Origin: Nitrospinaceae bacterium
GTDB taxonomy: Bacteria > Nitrospinota > Nitrospinia > Nitrospinales > Nitrospinaceae
Direction of reading: 5' to 3'
Assembly: GCA_965237905.1 (NCBI GenBank)
Contig: OZ250172.1
Span: 832,001-896,000 of the forward strand
DNA length: 64,000 bases
Below the pieces are notes generated by a model. That model saw nothing but the letters and a program-made list of their open reading frames with translations. It did not search any database and was not told the DNA's origin. Both the position numbers and the translations under genes were made by a program. This document shows positions 1 to 11,352 of the stretch, in pieces (the stretch's first letter is position 1; the number at the start of each line of letters is the position of its first letter).

Positions 1-2
1 AA

Positions 3-731
3 TTCCGCAAAGGCGACGGACTCCGGGCGCGGAGTAAAATCATTCTCCAGATGCTGTTGAGTGTGGTCGTTGCCGTGTTCCTGATTTATTACGATCCGGT
101 AAGAAGCGATTACGCAAGCCAACTGTTTGTTCCCTTCTTCAAGGATTTCACCCCCGACCTCGGCTGGGGGTATCTGGTGTTCATCGTGTTCATCGTCGTC
201 GGCACCTCCAACGCAGTGAACCTGACCGACGGGCTGGACGGGTTGGCCATCGGCCCCATCATCATCGCCACCGTCACGTTTACGGGCATCGTTTATCTGA
301 CCGGGCATTTCAAATTTGCGGGTTACCTGAACATCCAGCACATCCGGGAAGCGGGAGAACTCGCCGTGCTCACCTCCGCCATCATCGGAGCCAGCCTGGG
401 GTTTCTCTGGTACAACAGCTACCCCGCGCAAATATTCATGGGCGATGTTGGCTCCCTTTCTTTAGGCGGTGTCCTCGGCACCATTGCCTGTATCTCCAAA
501 CAGGAACTGTTATTGATTCCCGTCGGTGGAATTTTCGTTATTGAAGCGTTGTCCGTCATCATTCAGGTCGGATATTTCAAATACACCGGAGGCAAGCGTT
601 TTTTCAAAATGGCGCCTCTGCATCACCATTTCGAGCAACTCGGCTGGCCGGAACCGAAAGTGATCGTCCGGTTTTGGATCGTCGCGGCGATTCTGGCCAT
701 CGCCAGCTTGAGTACGCTCAAACTGAGGTAA
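3..731 (+). CDS. mraY: Phospho-N-acetylmuramoyl-pentapeptide transferase (5' part lies outside the window)
   Basis: NAVNLTDGLDGLA, FMGDVGS and MAPLHHHFE motifs; frame open to the window edge; first gene of the dcw order. Confidence 0.97.
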   Translation, partial: FRKGDGLRARSKIILQMLLSVVVAVFLIYYDPVRSDYASQLFVPFFKDFTPDLGWGYLVFIVFIVVGTSNAVNLTDGLDGLAIGPIIIATVTFTGIVYLTGHFKFAGYLNIQHIREAGELAVLTSAIIGASLGFLWYNSYPAQIFMGDVGSLSLGGVLGTIACISKQELLLIPVGGIFVIEALSVIIQVGYFKYTGGKRFFKMAPLHHHFEQLGWPEPKVIVRFWIVAAILAIASLSTLKLR

Positions 732-734
732 CAC

Positions 735-2069
735 GTGAAGTTTAAGGACAAAAATATTTCCATCATCGGCATGGCGCGCACCGGCATCGCCGCCGCCAAT
801 TTCCTGGCGGAACAGGGCGCACGCGTGACCGTGCTGGACGGCAAACCCAAAGAAGTGTTGGGCGATGTGCTAAAGCAACTCGCTTCCGGAGTGAACACTG
901 TTTTCCAATCATCCAAGCCCCTGCCCGATGCGGATCTGGTGATCCTGAGCCCGGGAGTGGACATCGATTCACCGGATTTGGATTCCGCCCGCGAAAGCGG
1001 AACCGAAATTATCAGCGAACTGGAACTGGCGTACCGGGTCAGTGAAACACCGATCATCGCAATCACAGGAACCAACGGTAAGTCCACCACCACTTCCTTG
1101 ATCGGTCACCTGCTGGAACAAGGCGGCAAGGATGTGCGGGTCGGGGGCAACATCGGTGTCCCCTTTGTCTCCCTCGTCAAAGATCCGCCTGAGGATTACA
1201 TGGTTCTGGAAATCAGCAGTTTTCAATTAGAGGGCGCAGTGGAGTTCCATCCCAAAATCAGCGTCATTCTGAACATCACGCCGGACCATCTCGACCGGCA
1301 TAAAACGATCGAGCGCTACGCCGCATTGAAAGAAAGAATCGCCGCCAACCAAACGCACGACGATGTTCTGGTCCTCAACCACGACGATCCCTGGGTGCAT
1401 CGCGTCGCGGTAGGGAAACTGTCGCAGAAATGGACCTTCAGCATGAGCGGGCCGGTGGAGCGGGGTTGTTATTTAAACGGAGACCTCGTCCTGTTTAAAG
1501 ACGGCGGAAAAGAAGAGACGATCTGCCGCATCGGCGAATTGCATCAGGCTCTGCAGTGGCAAGTAGAAAATATTCTGCCTTCGGCACTGGTCGCCCGGCT
1601 GGCGGGAATCGATGCCACTTCCATCGCAAAGACCCTGCGCGAATTTAAAGGACTGGAGCACCGCCTGGAATGGGTACGCTCCCTCAACGGTGTCGATTTT
1701 ATCAATGACTCCAAGGGCACCAACATCGGCGCACTGGAAAAATCGCTCAACAGTTTCGATCGGCCCGTTGTATTGATCGCGGGTGGACAGGATAAAGGCG
1801 GAGATTTTCAATCATTGAAACCGCTGTTCAAAAAGAAGGTCAAGCACATGGTGCTGATCGGGGAAGCCCGTCCCAAGATTCAGGCGGTCCTGAACGGATC
1901 GTTCGGGTACGAGAGTGCGGACGACATGGAAACCGCGGTGCGCCGGGCCTACGCCCAGGCTCAACCGGGAGACGTGGTTCTGCTTTCTCCGGCATGTGCC
2001 AGTTTCGATATGTTCCGGGACTACGCGGACCGGGGCCAACAATTTAAAGGATACGTGCAATCTCTTTGA
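735..2069 (+). CDS. murD: UDP-N-acetylmuramoyl-L-alanine--D-glutamate ligase
   Basis: ITGTNGKSTTT, NDSKGTN and LLSPACASFDMF motifs; follows mraY. Confidence 0.97.
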   Translation: MKFKDKNISIIGMARTGIAAANFLAEQGARVTVLDGKPKEVLGDVLKQLASGVNTVFQSSKPLPDADLVILSPGVDIDSPDLDSARESGTEIISELELAYRVSETPIIAITGTNGKSTTTSLIGHLLEQGGKDVRVGGNIGVPFVSLVKDPPEDYMVLEISSFQLEGAVEFHPKISVILNITPDHLDRHKTIERYAALKERIAANQTHDDVLVLNHDDPWVHRVAVGKLSQKWTFSMSGPVERGCYLNGDLVLFKDGGKEETICRIGELHQALQWQVENILPSALVARLAGIDATSIAKTLREFKGLEHRLEWVRSLNGVDFINDSKGTNIGALEKSLNSFDRPVVLIAGGQDKGGDFQSLKPLFKKKVKHMVLIGEARPKIQAVLNGSFGYESADDMETAVRRAYAQAQPGDVVLLSPACASFDMFRDYADRGQQFKGYVQSL

Positions 2070-2124
2070 GGTTCGTAAACCTTGAGTATCAGAGAAACAC
2101 ATTTGAAGTCATTAGAGGAAATGC

Positions 2125-3237
2125 GTGAGTACTCATCGAAAAAAACAATACGGATGCGATTCCACGTTGGCGTGGACCCTCGCCGCGCTCATTCTGGGGG
2201 GGATCGTCATGGTCTTCAGCTCCAGCGCCGTGCACGCCCAGGAAACGTATCAGGATTCGTTTTACCTGCTGAAGCGCCACATCACGTGGGTCCTGTTGGG
2301 AACCGGACTGCTCATCTTCGCGCGCAAGTTCGATTATCACCGGTGGGAAAAACTGACGCTCCCCATCATGGCGGTAACCTTTCTTTTATTACTGGCGGTC
2401 ATGGTGCCCGCGCTCAGCAAGGAAGTGGGCGGCGCACGGCGGTGGCTGACGCTCGGCGGGTTTTCCCTGCAACCGTCGGAGATTGCCAAGTTCACCGTCA
2501 TCCTGTTCATCGCCAAGTCGATGGTAAAACGCGCCGAGAAACTGAAGAGTTTCGCCTACGGCTATCTGCCCAACCTGATCGTGCTGGGAATTTTTTTCCT
2601 GTTGATCCTTCTGCAACCGGACTTCGGCACCGCCATGATCATTTCCATCGTGGCGTTCGTCATGTTGTATGTCGCCGGGATTCAAAAGAAGTTCCTGTTC
2701 TATTCCGTGCTGGCAGTCATTCCGTTTCTGGTTACCGCGGTGATGGGCGCGCAATACCGCACACGGCGCATCCTTTCATTTCTCGATCCCTGGGCCGACC
2801 CTTCGGATACGGGCTTTCAGGCCATCCAGTCGTTTCTGGCGTTCGGGCGCGGCGGCATCTGGGGACTCGGATTGGGAGACAGCCGGCAAAAACTATTTTA
2901 CCTGCCGGAAGCGCATACCGATTTCATCTTCTCCGTGATCGGGGAAGAGCTGGGAATTATGGGCACGCTGGGAATCATCCTGCTGTTCGGCATATTGATC
3001 TGGCGGGGATTCACCATCGCGTCGCAAGCCAAGGATTTATACGGCACGCATCTGGCCATCGGATTGACTCTGCTGGTCGGCGTGCAGGCCTTCACCAATA
3101 TGGGTGTGGCGGTCGGTGTTCTGCCGACCAAAGGGTTGACGCTTCCATTCATCAGTCTGGGCGGATCGTCCCTGCTGATCACGCTGTTGTGCATGGGAGT
3201 TCTGTTGAACATATCGGACCATTCGGTCCGGCGTTGA
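2125..3237 (+). CDS. ftsW: Peptidoglycan polymerase FtsW (SEDS family)
   Basis: Multi-TM protein with LQPSEIAK, LQPDFGT, YLPEAHTDFIF and LPFISLGGSS. Confidence 0.96.
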   Translation: MSTHRKKQYGCDSTLAWTLAALILGGIVMVFSSSAVHAQETYQDSFYLLKRHITWVLLGTGLLIFARKFDYHRWEKLTLPIMAVTFLLLLAVMVPALSKEVGGARRWLTLGGFSLQPSEIAKFTVILFIAKSMVKRAEKLKSFAYGYLPNLIVLGIFFLLILLQPDFGTAMIISIVAFVMLYVAGIQKKFLFYSVLAVIPFLVTAVMGAQYRTRRILSFLDPWADPSDTGFQAIQSFLAFGRGGIWGLGLGDSRQKLFYLPEAHTDFIFSVIGEELGIMGTLGIILLFGILIWRGFTIASQAKDLYGTHLAIGLTLLVGVQAFTNMGVAVGVLPTKGLTLPFISLGGSSLLITLLCMGVLLNISDHSVRR

Positions 3238-3247
3238 ATTATTAGTA

Positions 3248-4339
3248 ATGGCGAACTCAGTCGTTATAGCGGGCGGCGGGACCGGAGGACATCTCTATCC
3301 CGGCATTGCCCTGGCGAAAGCGCTTATGAAGCACGATGCAGACATTCAAATCACGTTCATCGGTACCCGGCAGGGAATCGAGTCCCACGTCCTGCCGCGC
3401 GAAGGGCTCCCGTTGAAAACAATATTGTCCGGAGGCCTGCTGGGTAAAAAAGGAATCGGACGGCTGGTCAACTGGCTCAAACTGCCGGTCAGCATTCTGC
3501 AATCGACGGGGTATTTGTTAATGAACCGTCCGCGACTTGTGGTGGGAGTCGGCGGTTATGTCTCCGGTCCTGCGGCGCTATCGGCATGGGTGCTCCGCAT
3601 CCCGGTGTTGATTCACGAACAAAACACAGTGCCCGGCGCAACCAACCGCTGGCTGGGCAAAATCGCCGACAAAGTGGCTATCACCTTTGAGATGTCCAAA
3701 AAATACTTTCCCGCCCACAAGGTGGTGGAAACCGGAAACATGATCCGCGAAGAATTCACCGAAGCGAAAGCGGCCAACATCCCCACCTCCGATCATTTCA
3801 CGGTGCTGGTGCTGGGCGGAAGCCAGGGAGCGCAGTCCATCAATCGCGCTCTGCTGGACGCGCTGGATAGGCTGGCGCCGGTGAAGGATCGTCTACACAT
3901 CATCCACCAGACGGGACAAACCGACGAAGCCGAAGTACGGGCGGGTTACGAACGCAAAGGGTTTTCCGCCGACGCACGGGCATTCATCTACGACATGGCG
4001 GAGCAATACCGCAAGGCATCGCTGATCATCTGCCGGTCCGGCGCGACGACCCTGGCAGAAGTGACGGCATTGGGGATCCCCTCGGTGCTGGTGCCCTACC
4101 CTTTCGCGGCACACAACCATCAGGAACACAACGCGCGCGCTTTGGAATCCAACGGCGCGGCGCGGGTCATTCTCGATAAAGACGTCAACGGCGAACAGTT
4201 GGCAGGAATTATTCTGGACGGCATCGAACATCCCGAAGCATTACGGGAGATAGGGAACAAGAGTTTTCAAATGGGACGGCGCGACGCCACCGAACGTGTC
4301 CGCCAATTGTGCATGGAACTGATGCGCAGTCCCAATTGA
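3248..4339 (+). CDS. murG: Lipid I N-acetylglucosaminyltransferase
   Basis: AGGGTGGHLYP, HEQN and GGSQGA motifs. Confidence 0.97.
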   Translation: MANSVVIAGGGTGGHLYPGIALAKALMKHDADIQITFIGTRQGIESHVLPREGLPLKTILSGGLLGKKGIGRLVNWLKLPVSILQSTGYLLMNRPRLVVGVGGYVSGPAALSAWVLRIPVLIHEQNTVPGATNRWLGKIADKVAITFEMSKKYFPAHKVVETGNMIREEFTEAKAANIPTSDHFTVLVLGGSQGAQSINRALLDALDRLAPVKDRLHIIHQTGQTDEAEVRAGYERKGFSADARAFIYDMAEQYRKASLIICRSGATTLAEVTALGIPSVLVPYPFAAHNHQEHNARALESNGAARVILDKDVNGEQLAGIILDGIEHPEALREIGNKSFQMGRRDATERVRQLCMELMRSPN

Positions 4340-4382
4340 GTCATTGAAGCAACACGCAGGACCCAGGAAATTATGAGGCTAT

Positions 4383-5792
4383 ATGTTTTTAGGCAAAACC
4401 AAACGGATTCACTTTATCGGTATCGGAGGTTCCGGCATGAGCGGCATTGCTGAAGTACTGATCAACGAGGGTTACGAAGTCACCGGGTCGGACAAGTCCC
4501 GGTCGAATGTGACCGAGTACCTGGAAAAAATCGGTGCCCGCATCGCCTACGAGCACCACGCAAAGAACGTGGACGGATGCCAGGTAGTGGTGACCTCCAC
4601 AGCCGTCAAACCGGACAACGTGGAAGTGCAATCGGCCCGCAAGCAGACCATCCCCGTAATCCGGCGCGCCGAGATGCTGGCCGAACTGATGCGGATGAAG
4701 CAGGGCATCGCCATCGCCGGCACCCACGGCAAAACCACGACCACCTCGTTGGTCGCGACCGTTCTGGCGGGTGGCAACCTCGATCCCACCGTCATTATCG
4801 GCGGCAAACTTAAAAGTGCGGGAAGCCACGCCAAAATGGGGCAGAGCGAGTTTCTGGTGGCGGAAGCGGATGAAAGCGACGGTTCCTTTTTGAAACTGAC
4901 GCCGACCTTCGCCGTGGTCACCACACTGGATGAAGAACACATGGACTTTTACAAGACGCTCGACAACATGAAGGAAGCGTTTCTGACGTTCCTCAATAAA
5001 ATACCGTTCTACGGCACATCGGTGCTGTGTCTGGACGAACCCAATATCCAGTCTCTTATTCCCAAACTGGAGAAACGGTTTATCACTTATGGACTGGTGA
5101 GCCAGGGGGATTATACGGCACGAAACATCCGGGTGAAGGGATTGGACGCACAGTTCGACGTGTTTTATCTCGGTGATGAGTTGGGAACGATTCACTCCGT
5201 CGCTCCCGGCAAACATAACGTGCTGAACACGCTGGCGGCGGTCGCAGTGGGCATGGAACTCAACCTGACGTTTGACACCATCGCCCAGTCACTCAAACAA
5301 TTTACGGGTGTTCAACGGCGCTTCGAAGTCCACCACAACACCGATTCTCTGGTGGTGGTCGACGATTACGGTCATCACCCGGTTGAAATCGAAGCCACGT
5401 TGAAAACGGCCAAGGAAGTGTGGCCGGACCGGAGACTGGTGGTGGTGTTTCAACCGCACCGCTATTCCCGAACCCAGACCCAGATGGAACACTTCTGGTC
5501 CGCGTTCAACGATTCAGACCATTTGATCATCAACGACATTTTCCCCGCCGGAGAGGAGCCCATTGAGGGCATTCACTCCAAGGGAATCGTGGACGGCATC
5601 CGGAAATTCGGACACAAAAACGCTGAACATGTTGCAACACCTAAGGAAACTTTGAAACGCTTGTCCCAGATTCTGCAACCCGGCGATGTCTTCATGACAC
5701 TCGGCGCGGGTAATGTGTGGGAACTGGGGCGCGATCTGCTTGCCAACCTTCCCGAGCGGCTCCGCGAGGGAAAACCTGGAAAGGATAGTTAA
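4383..5792 (+). CDS. murC: UDP-N-acetylmuramate--L-alanine ligase
   Basis: IGIGGSGMSGIA, GTHGKTTT, EADESD, DDYGHHP and FQPHRYSR motifs. Confidence 0.97.
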   Translation: MFLGKTKRIHFIGIGGSGMSGIAEVLINEGYEVTGSDKSRSNVTEYLEKIGARIAYEHHAKNVDGCQVVVTSTAVKPDNVEVQSARKQTIPVIRRAEMLAELMRMKQGIAIAGTHGKTTTTSLVATVLAGGNLDPTVIIGGKLKSAGSHAKMGQSEFLVAEADESDGSFLKLTPTFAVVTTLDEEHMDFYKTLDNMKEAFLTFLNKIPFYGTSVLCLDEPNIQSLIPKLEKRFITYGLVSQGDYTARNIRVKGLDAQFDVFYLGDELGTIHSVAPGKHNVLNTLAAVAVGMELNLTFDTIAQSLKQFTGVQRRFEVHHNTDSLVVVDDYGHHPVEIEATLKTAKEVWPDRRLVVVFQPHRYSRTQTQMEHFWSAFNDSDHLIINDIFPAGEEPIEGIHSKGIVDGIRKFGHKNAEHVATPKETLKRLSQILQPGDVFMTLGAGNVWELGRDLLANLPERLREGKPGKDS

Positions 5793-5927
5793 TTCATGCT
5801 GAACAATCCTTGGAAAACCCGACTCATACGCTTTGCTCACCTGCATCAGGGACAAAGCGTACCGATGGCAACTTTGACCGGATCGTCTCGCACGATCATG
5901 GGAAGAACAATTCACAAGAGAACCTTT

Positions 5928-6854
5928 ATGAGCCCTTCCACAAACTGGTTGAACCGAATTAAAGGAGAAATCCGGTACGATGAACCTATCTCCAATCATA
6001 CCTCTCTGCGTGTCGGAGGTCCGGCGGATATCTTCATCATCCCCAAGGACGTGTCGGACCTGCAACTCATTTTCAAAAACCACGGGGACATGCCGTTATT
6101 CATCCTGGGAGAAGGCACGAACCTCATCATGAACGACAAAGGTTTCCGGGGCATCGTCATCTCCACCAAAAACCGCTTCAAGTCGATCGAGCCTCCCTTG
6201 TTTTTCAAAAAAACCACAGGGGAAGAAGGCGCCGTGATCACTGCGGGCGCCGCCGCCAAGATGTCTTATCTGGTCAAGAATCTTGCGAAATACTCCCTGA
6301 CCGGAATGGAAAATCTGGTGGGCATTCCTGGTTCTCTCGGCGGCGCGCTGATCATGAACGCGGGCGCGGACGGCACGGAAATCTGCGATGTGATTCGGAG
6401 CGTCACCCGCGTCAATACGGAAGGCGATCTGGAAACTCTGAAAAAATCGGAACTGCAATTCGAGTACCGCAAGACCACCTTCCCCACGAAAGGCGGCATC
6501 ATCGTATCCGCGGAACTGGAATTGAAAAAAGGCGACCACACGAAAATCCAAAACACCATCGACAGTCATCTGGTCCGCCGCAAAAATAAACAACCGCTGT
6601 CTCTGCCCAACTCGGGCTCGGTATTCAAGAATCCAGAAGGCGACGCAGCGGGACGCCTTATCGAGGAAGCGGGATTGAAAGGATTCAGTATCGGTGACGC
6701 CGGCGTATCGATCAAGCACGCCAACTTCATCGTCAATAAAGGGGACGCCCAGGCTTCGGAGGTGATCGAAATCATCGAACATGTCCGGGCCACGGTTCTG
6801 GAAAAAACCGGTGTGGAACTGGAAACCGAAGTGATTATCGTCGGCGAACGGTAA
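5928..6854 (+). CDS. murB: UDP-N-acetylenolpyruvoylglucosamine reductase
   Basis: HTSLRVGGPAD, GIPGSLGGALIMNAGA, SGSVFKNP and HANFIVN motifs; ATG at 5928 preferred over the ORF-track start 5796. Confidence 0.95.
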   Translation: MSPSTNWLNRIKGEIRYDEPISNHTSLRVGGPADIFIIPKDVSDLQLIFKNHGDMPLFILGEGTNLIMNDKGFRGIVISTKNRFKSIEPPLFFKKTTGEEGAVITAGAAAKMSYLVKNLAKYSLTGMENLVGIPGSLGGALIMNAGADGTEICDVIRSVTRVNTEGDLETLKKSELQFEYRKTTFPTKGGIIVSAELELKKGDHTKIQNTIDSHLVRRKNKQPLSLPNSGSVFKNPEGDAAGRLIEEAGLKGFSIGDAGVSIKHANFIVNKGDAQASEVIEIIEHVRATVLEKTGVELETEVIIVGER

Positions 6855-6931
6855 AGGGCGCATTGGAGAGCGCCTGATTGGAAATTTTGATGAACATGGT
6901 CCGTTAACAAAGGTACCCCTCCTTCCTTTGT

Positions 6932-6957
6932 CCCCGGTCCTTGGCCAAGGACCGGGG
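6932..6957. repeat. 26-bp perfect GC-rich palindrome between murB and ddl
   Basis: ccccggtccttggccaaggaccgggg. Confidence 0.7.
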
Positions 6958-6971
6958 GCGGACCGTTAAAT

Positions 6972-7913
6972 TTGAGGGTAAGGAAAAGTTTGTTGGAGCA
7001 ATTGAAACAAAAAACAATCGGTGTGTTGATGGGGGGACTTTCCCCGGAGCGGGAGGTTTCATTAACTTCGGGGCAGGAGATCTTCAACGCCATCCAGAGG
7101 AAAGGATTGAATGCTGAGATGATCGACGTGGACCACAACATCGGCGCCACCCTGGCGGAGCGAAAGATCGACCTGGCCTGCATCGCACTGCACGGCACCT
7201 GGGGTGAGGACGGCACGATTCAGGGGATTCTGGAATATCTCAAAATCCCTTACAGCGGCTCGGACGTTCTGGGGAGTGCCATCGCGTACAACAAGGTGGT
7301 GTCCAAGGAGATATTCATGGAACGCGGCATCCCCACGGCACCGTACCAAGTGGTCACCGCCGAAGACCGAGGCCAAGTGAAGAGAACGCTGGATTTGCCG
7401 GTGGTGGTGAAACCTGCCGACCAGGGATCGAGCATCGGCGTCAGTATTGTCCGCATGGAATCCCAATGGAAAGCGGCACTCGACGAGGCATTCGAGGTTT
7501 CGGAGGAAATTCTTATCGAACAATTCATCGAAGGCAAACTGCTGGCAATAGGGATGAACGGACCATTACCCATGCCGATCGTGGAGATCGTTCCCAAATC
7601 GGGTTTCTATGATTACGAAGCGAAATACACCGAGGGCAAAACGGATTATGTGTGCCCGGCACAATTGACCTCGAAGGAAGCACAACAGTGCCGTGACGCA
7701 TCGGTCCGGGTGTTCAAGGCCCTCAAGGGCCGGGGGTTCCCGCGCGTGGATGTGATTCTGGACAAGGGCACTCCTTACGTTCTCGAAATGAACACCATAC
7801 CGGGTATGACGCCCACCAGCCTGCTTCCCATGGCGGCGCGCCAGGCGGGTCTGGAATTCGATGACCTGGTGATCGAAATTTTAAAAAGCGCACAACTGGA
7901 TTACAAAAACTAG
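6972..7913 (+). CDS. ddl: D-alanine--D-alanine ligase
   Basis: GGLSPEREVSL, ALHGTWGEDG, GSSIGV, FYDYEAKY and EMNTIPGMT motifs. Confidence 0.97.
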   Translation: MRVRKSLLEQLKQKTIGVLMGGLSPEREVSLTSGQEIFNAIQRKGLNAEMIDVDHNIGATLAERKIDLACIALHGTWGEDGTIQGILEYLKIPYSGSDVLGSAIAYNKVVSKEIFMERGIPTAPYQVVTAEDRGQVKRTLDLPVVVKPADQGSSIGVSIVRMESQWKAALDEAFEVSEEILIEQFIEGKLLAIGMNGPLPMPIVEIVPKSGFYDYEAKYTEGKTDYVCPAQLTSKEAQQCRDASVRVFKALKGRGFPRVDVILDKGTPYVLEMNTIPGMTPTSLLPMAARQAGLEFDDLVIEILKSAQLDYKN

Positions 7914-7919
7914 AACACG

Positions 7920-8831
7920 ATGATGAATTATACCTTGAACAAACCCAAAGGATCCCGCCTGAACTGGGGAGAAGTCCATTCGCGCCAGCGGAAAAACCAT
8001 AAACGTCCGAGCAAAGTTCTTAAAGGACGCAAAATCAAAAACCGCCAGACCGGGTTCCGGGATATGGCTAAAACCTGGCTGGATGTGACCGCCAAAGCGG
8101 TCCTGGTCATGATCATGGGTTATGGGGCGTTTCATGGATACCGGTTTGTCACCACCGCACCGCAGTTCGCTGTGGCACAAATCAATTTCTCCGGGAACGA
8201 GAAGGTCAGCCTGTCCACCCTGGAAAACATGGTCCAGCCGCTGATGGGTCAAAACATTTTCCAGCTCAATCTGCAGTCCATCACCGAACGGTTCAAGGCC
8301 AATCCATGGATTGAAAATGTTTCCACAGTTCGGCGATTGCCCAGTGAAATCCGCATTCAGGTTCAGGAACGAACACCGTTCGCACGGATCCAGTTGGATA
8401 AAACTTATTTGATGGATCATTACGGAGTATTGATCGTTCCCGATAATAAAAAATACGATGCCCTGCCCCTGATCACGGGAGTGAAAGTACGCCGGGTAGA
8501 GCTGGGCAACGAAATCCCGGTGGCGGGAATCGTGCCGGGATTACAGGCCATGCATTTCATGAATCAACTGGGCGCGTTCAAGAACGATCCCATACAGAAA
8601 TTTCATATGTCCAGTCCACGCAAGCTGGTATTCACCACCGAGAGCCGGGGAATCGATATCTATCTGGCAGTGGACCGGATTCAGGAAGGTTTTGAAAATT
8701 TGAAAATAATACTCGACGCCATGGATTCCAACCTCTCCGGAATTCATTACATCGACCTGTCCTTCAAGGACAAGGTGGTGGTCAAGCGAAACCGGATGGA
8801 ACCACGGCGCGGGATCGTACACAAGATTTAA
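7920..8831 (+). CDS. ftsQ: Cell division protein FtsQ/DivIB
   Basis: Basic N-terminus, single TM, POTRA-like NPWIENVSTVRRLP, C-terminal YIDLSF; lies between ddl and ftsA. Confidence 0.9.
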   Translation: MMNYTLNKPKGSRLNWGEVHSRQRKNHKRPSKVLKGRKIKNRQTGFRDMAKTWLDVTAKAVLVMIMGYGAFHGYRFVTTAPQFAVAQINFSGNEKVSLSTLENMVQPLMGQNIFQLNLQSITERFKANPWIENVSTVRRLPSEIRIQVQERTPFARIQLDKTYLMDHYGVLIVPDNKKYDALPLITGVKVRRVELGNEIPVAGIVPGLQAMHFMNQLGAFKNDPIQKFHMSSPRKLVFTTESRGIDIYLAVDRIQEGFENLKIILDAMDSNLSGIHYIDLSFKDKVVVKRNRMEPRRGIVHKI

Positions 8832-8855
8832 CCGTTTTTTGAAAAGGGGACACAC

Positions 8856-10088
8856 ATGTCCAAAAAACAAAACTACATTGTCGGCCTGGACATCGGCACA
8901 ACCAAAATCTGTTGCATCATCGCGGAGGTGACGCCTCAGGGCGAGATTGAAATCATCGGTCTCGGCCAGTCGCCCTCCCGCGGCCTGCGCAAGGGAGTCG
9001 TGGTCAATATCGACGGCACGGTCGAATCGATCCGGAGCGCGGTCGAGGAAGCAGAGTTGATGGCGGGAACGGAAATCGATTCCGTCTTCGTGGGCATCGC
9101 CGGCGGCCACATCAAAAGCATGAACAGCCACGGCATCATCGCGGCGAAGCACAAGGAGATCAACCACCACGATGTGGACCGTGTCATCGAAGCGGCCAAG
9201 GCCATCGCCATTCCCCTGGATCGTGAGGTGATCCACGTCCTGCCGCAGGAATATATCGTGGACAACCAGGACGGCATCAAAACGCCTCTCGGCATGGCGG
9301 GGATACGGCTGGAAGCTAAAGTGCACATCGTCACCGCCGCCGTCACCTCGGCGCAGAACATCGTCAAGTGCGTCAACAAGGCGGGGCTGGGCGTGCAGGA
9401 CATCGTACTGGAACAACTCGCTTCCAGTGAAGCGGTGCTCTCCGCCGACGAAAAGGAACTGGGTGTGGCGTTGATCGATATCGGCGGCGGCACTTCCGAC
9501 CTGGCGATCTTCTACCAGGGCGCGATCAAGCACACGTCCGTGCTGGCCATCGCGGGAGCGCAGGTGACCAACGACATTGCCATCGGACTCCGCACTCCCA
9601 ATGCCGAAGCGGAGAAAATCAAACATGCGCACGGATGCGCTTACTCCAACTTGATCAAACACGATGACAACATCGAGGTCTCCACCGTGGGTGGACGGAG
9701 TACGCTCAAGGTGTCCCGGCAAATCCTCAGCGAAATCATCGAAGCGCGCATCCGGGAAATGTTTGAAATGCTCAATCACGAAATTCAGACGTCCGGATTC
9801 CAGGACAGCATTTCCTCCGGCATCGTCATCACCGGAGGATCGGCTTGCGTGGAAGGCATGGCAGATCTGGCAGAGGAAGTCTTCCAGGTGCCCGTCCGCA
9901 TCGGCACGCCCATGGGTCTGGGCGGCCTGGTGGATGTGGTGACCAGCCCGATCTACGCCACCAGCACGGGCCTCATTCATTACGGAGAAAAAAGTTACAA
10001 AGCAGGCCGCAACATGGACCTGCAAGGTAGAAATCTATTTGAAAAAATCTTCAGCCGCATGAAAGGCTGGACGGAAGAATTCTTTTAG
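8856..10088 (+). CDS. ftsA: Cell division protein FtsA
   Basis: [19 protein letters not shown] and C-terminal amphipathic helix ([14 protein letters not shown]). Confidence 0.97.
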   Translation: MSKKQNYIVGLDIGTTKICCIIAEVTPQGEIEIIGLGQSPSRGLRKGVVVNIDGTVESIRSAVEEAELMAGTEIDSVFVGIAGGHIKSMNSHGIIAAKHKEINHHDVDRVIEAAKAIAIPLDREVIHVLPQEYIVDNQDGIKTPLGMAGIRLEAKVHIVTAAVTSAQNIVKCVNKAGLGVQDIVLEQLASSEAVLSADEKELGVALIDIGGGTSDLAIFYQGAIKHTSVLAIAGAQVTNDIAIGLRTPNAEAEKIKHAHGCAYSNLIKHDDNIEVSTVGGRSTLKVSRQILSEIIEARIREMFEMLNHEIQTSGFQDSISSGIVITGGSACVEGMADLAEEVFQVPVRIGTPMGLGGLVDVVTSPIYATSTGLIHYGEKSYKAGRNMDLQGRNLFEKIFSRMKGWTEEFF

Positions 10089-10105
10089 TCACCAAGGAGG
10101 AAACA

Positions 10106-11290
10106 ATGAGCATGATCGAATTTGAACCAACCAATGATTATTCGGCGAACATCAAGGTCGTCGGCATCGGCGGAGGCGGCGGCAACGCGGTCAACGCCAT
10201 GGTACGTTCCAACATCCAGGGCGTGGAGTTCATCCAGGCCAACACCGATATCCAGACGCTGGACGCTTCTCCCTGCCAGCACAAAATCCGGGTCGGAACG
10301 GAATTGACCCGCGGCCTCGGCGCCGGGTCCAATCCCGAGATTGGGAAGATGGCGGCGGAAGAAAGCCGCGAACATTTGTACGACGTGCTGGAGGGCTCGG
10401 ACATGGTCTTCCTCACCGCCGGCATGGGCGGAGGCACCGGTACCGGCGCCACGCCCGTCATCGCGGAGATCGCCCGGGAAGTGGGTGCGCTCACCGTCGG
10501 CGTGGTCACCAAGCCGTTTATGTTTGAAGGAAGCCGGCGGCAAAAGCAGGCCGAAGACGGGATCGAGGAATTGAAGGAAGCGGTCGATACCCTCATCGTT
10601 ATTCCCAACCAGAAACTGCTGAGCTTCATCGGCAAGCAAACCTCGCTGAGCACCGCGTTCTCACAGGTCGACGACGTCCTGCGTCAGGCGGTGTGCAGTA
10701 TTTCCGATTTGATTGTGATTCCGGGATTGATCAATCTCGACTTCGCGGACGTCAAAACCATCATGTGCGGCATGGGCAAAGCGTTGATGGGCGGCGGCAT
10801 CGCCTCCGGTGAAAACCGGGCCATCGAGGCGGCCCAACGTGCCATCTCCAGCCCTCTGCTGGACGAAGCATCGGTCGAAGGCGCCCGCGGTATTCTCATC
10901 AACATCACCGGAGGTGAAGACCTCACCCTGCACGACGTCAACGAGGCGGCCATGCTGATCCAGAAAAGCGCTCATGAAGATGCGCATATCATCTTCGGTG
11001 CCGTGGTGGATAAAACCATGAAAGAGGACATGCGCGTGACGGTGATTGCCACCGGGTTCGAAAAACAGGAACGCCAACGGCTCTTTCTTGCGCCGCAGGA
11101 GCCCAGTGCCATGCCCATGAAAAAAGTGGTGAACGGGCCAGATGTGGAAGCGGATCTGGAAAATCATCCCGCGTACCAACAGGAAAGTTTGAAGCAACTG
11201 GCGGATATCATCCGGAAAGAGTCTCCGGAAACGATATCCAACAGTTCAAATTTTGATATCCCGACGTTCCTGCGGAAACATGCCGATTGA
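10106..11290 (+). CDS. ftsZ: Cell division protein FtsZ
   Basis: [18 protein letters not shown] tubulin signature and C-terminal DIPTFLRK. Confidence 0.98.
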   Translation: MSMIEFEPTNDYSANIKVVGIGGGGGNAVNAMVRSNIQGVEFIQANTDIQTLDASPCQHKIRVGTELTRGLGAGSNPEIGKMAAEESREHLYDVLEGSDMVFLTAGMGGGTGTGATPVIAEIAREVGALTVGVVTKPFMFEGSRRQKQAEDGIEELKEAVDTLIVIPNQKLLSFIGKQTSLSTAFSQVDDVLRQAVCSISDLIVIPGLINLDFADVKTIMCGMGKALMGGGIASGENRAIEAAQRAISSPLLDEASVEGARGILINITGGEDLTLHDVNEAAMLIQKSAHEDAHIIFGAVVDKTMKEDMRVTVIATGFEKQERQRLFLAPQEPSAMPMKKVVNGPDVEADLENHPAYQQESLKQLADIIRKESPETISNSSNFDIPTFLRKHAD

Positions 11291-11352
11291 TCCGCAGGTT
11301 CGCCCAGAGAGGAGATGCGGGGCTGTTGAGGCGGCTCCCTCTCCTCCCTCCT

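Noticed and set aside
2082..3245. 387-aa ORF overlapping ftsW on the same strand
   Set aside because: Alternate frame, Arg/Gly/His-rich with no motifs; the ftsW frame explains the region
8541..10025. 494-aa minus-strand ORF, and similar long ORFs opposite murC, ftsZ and groEL
   Set aside because: Antisense shadows caused by codon bias of conserved genes
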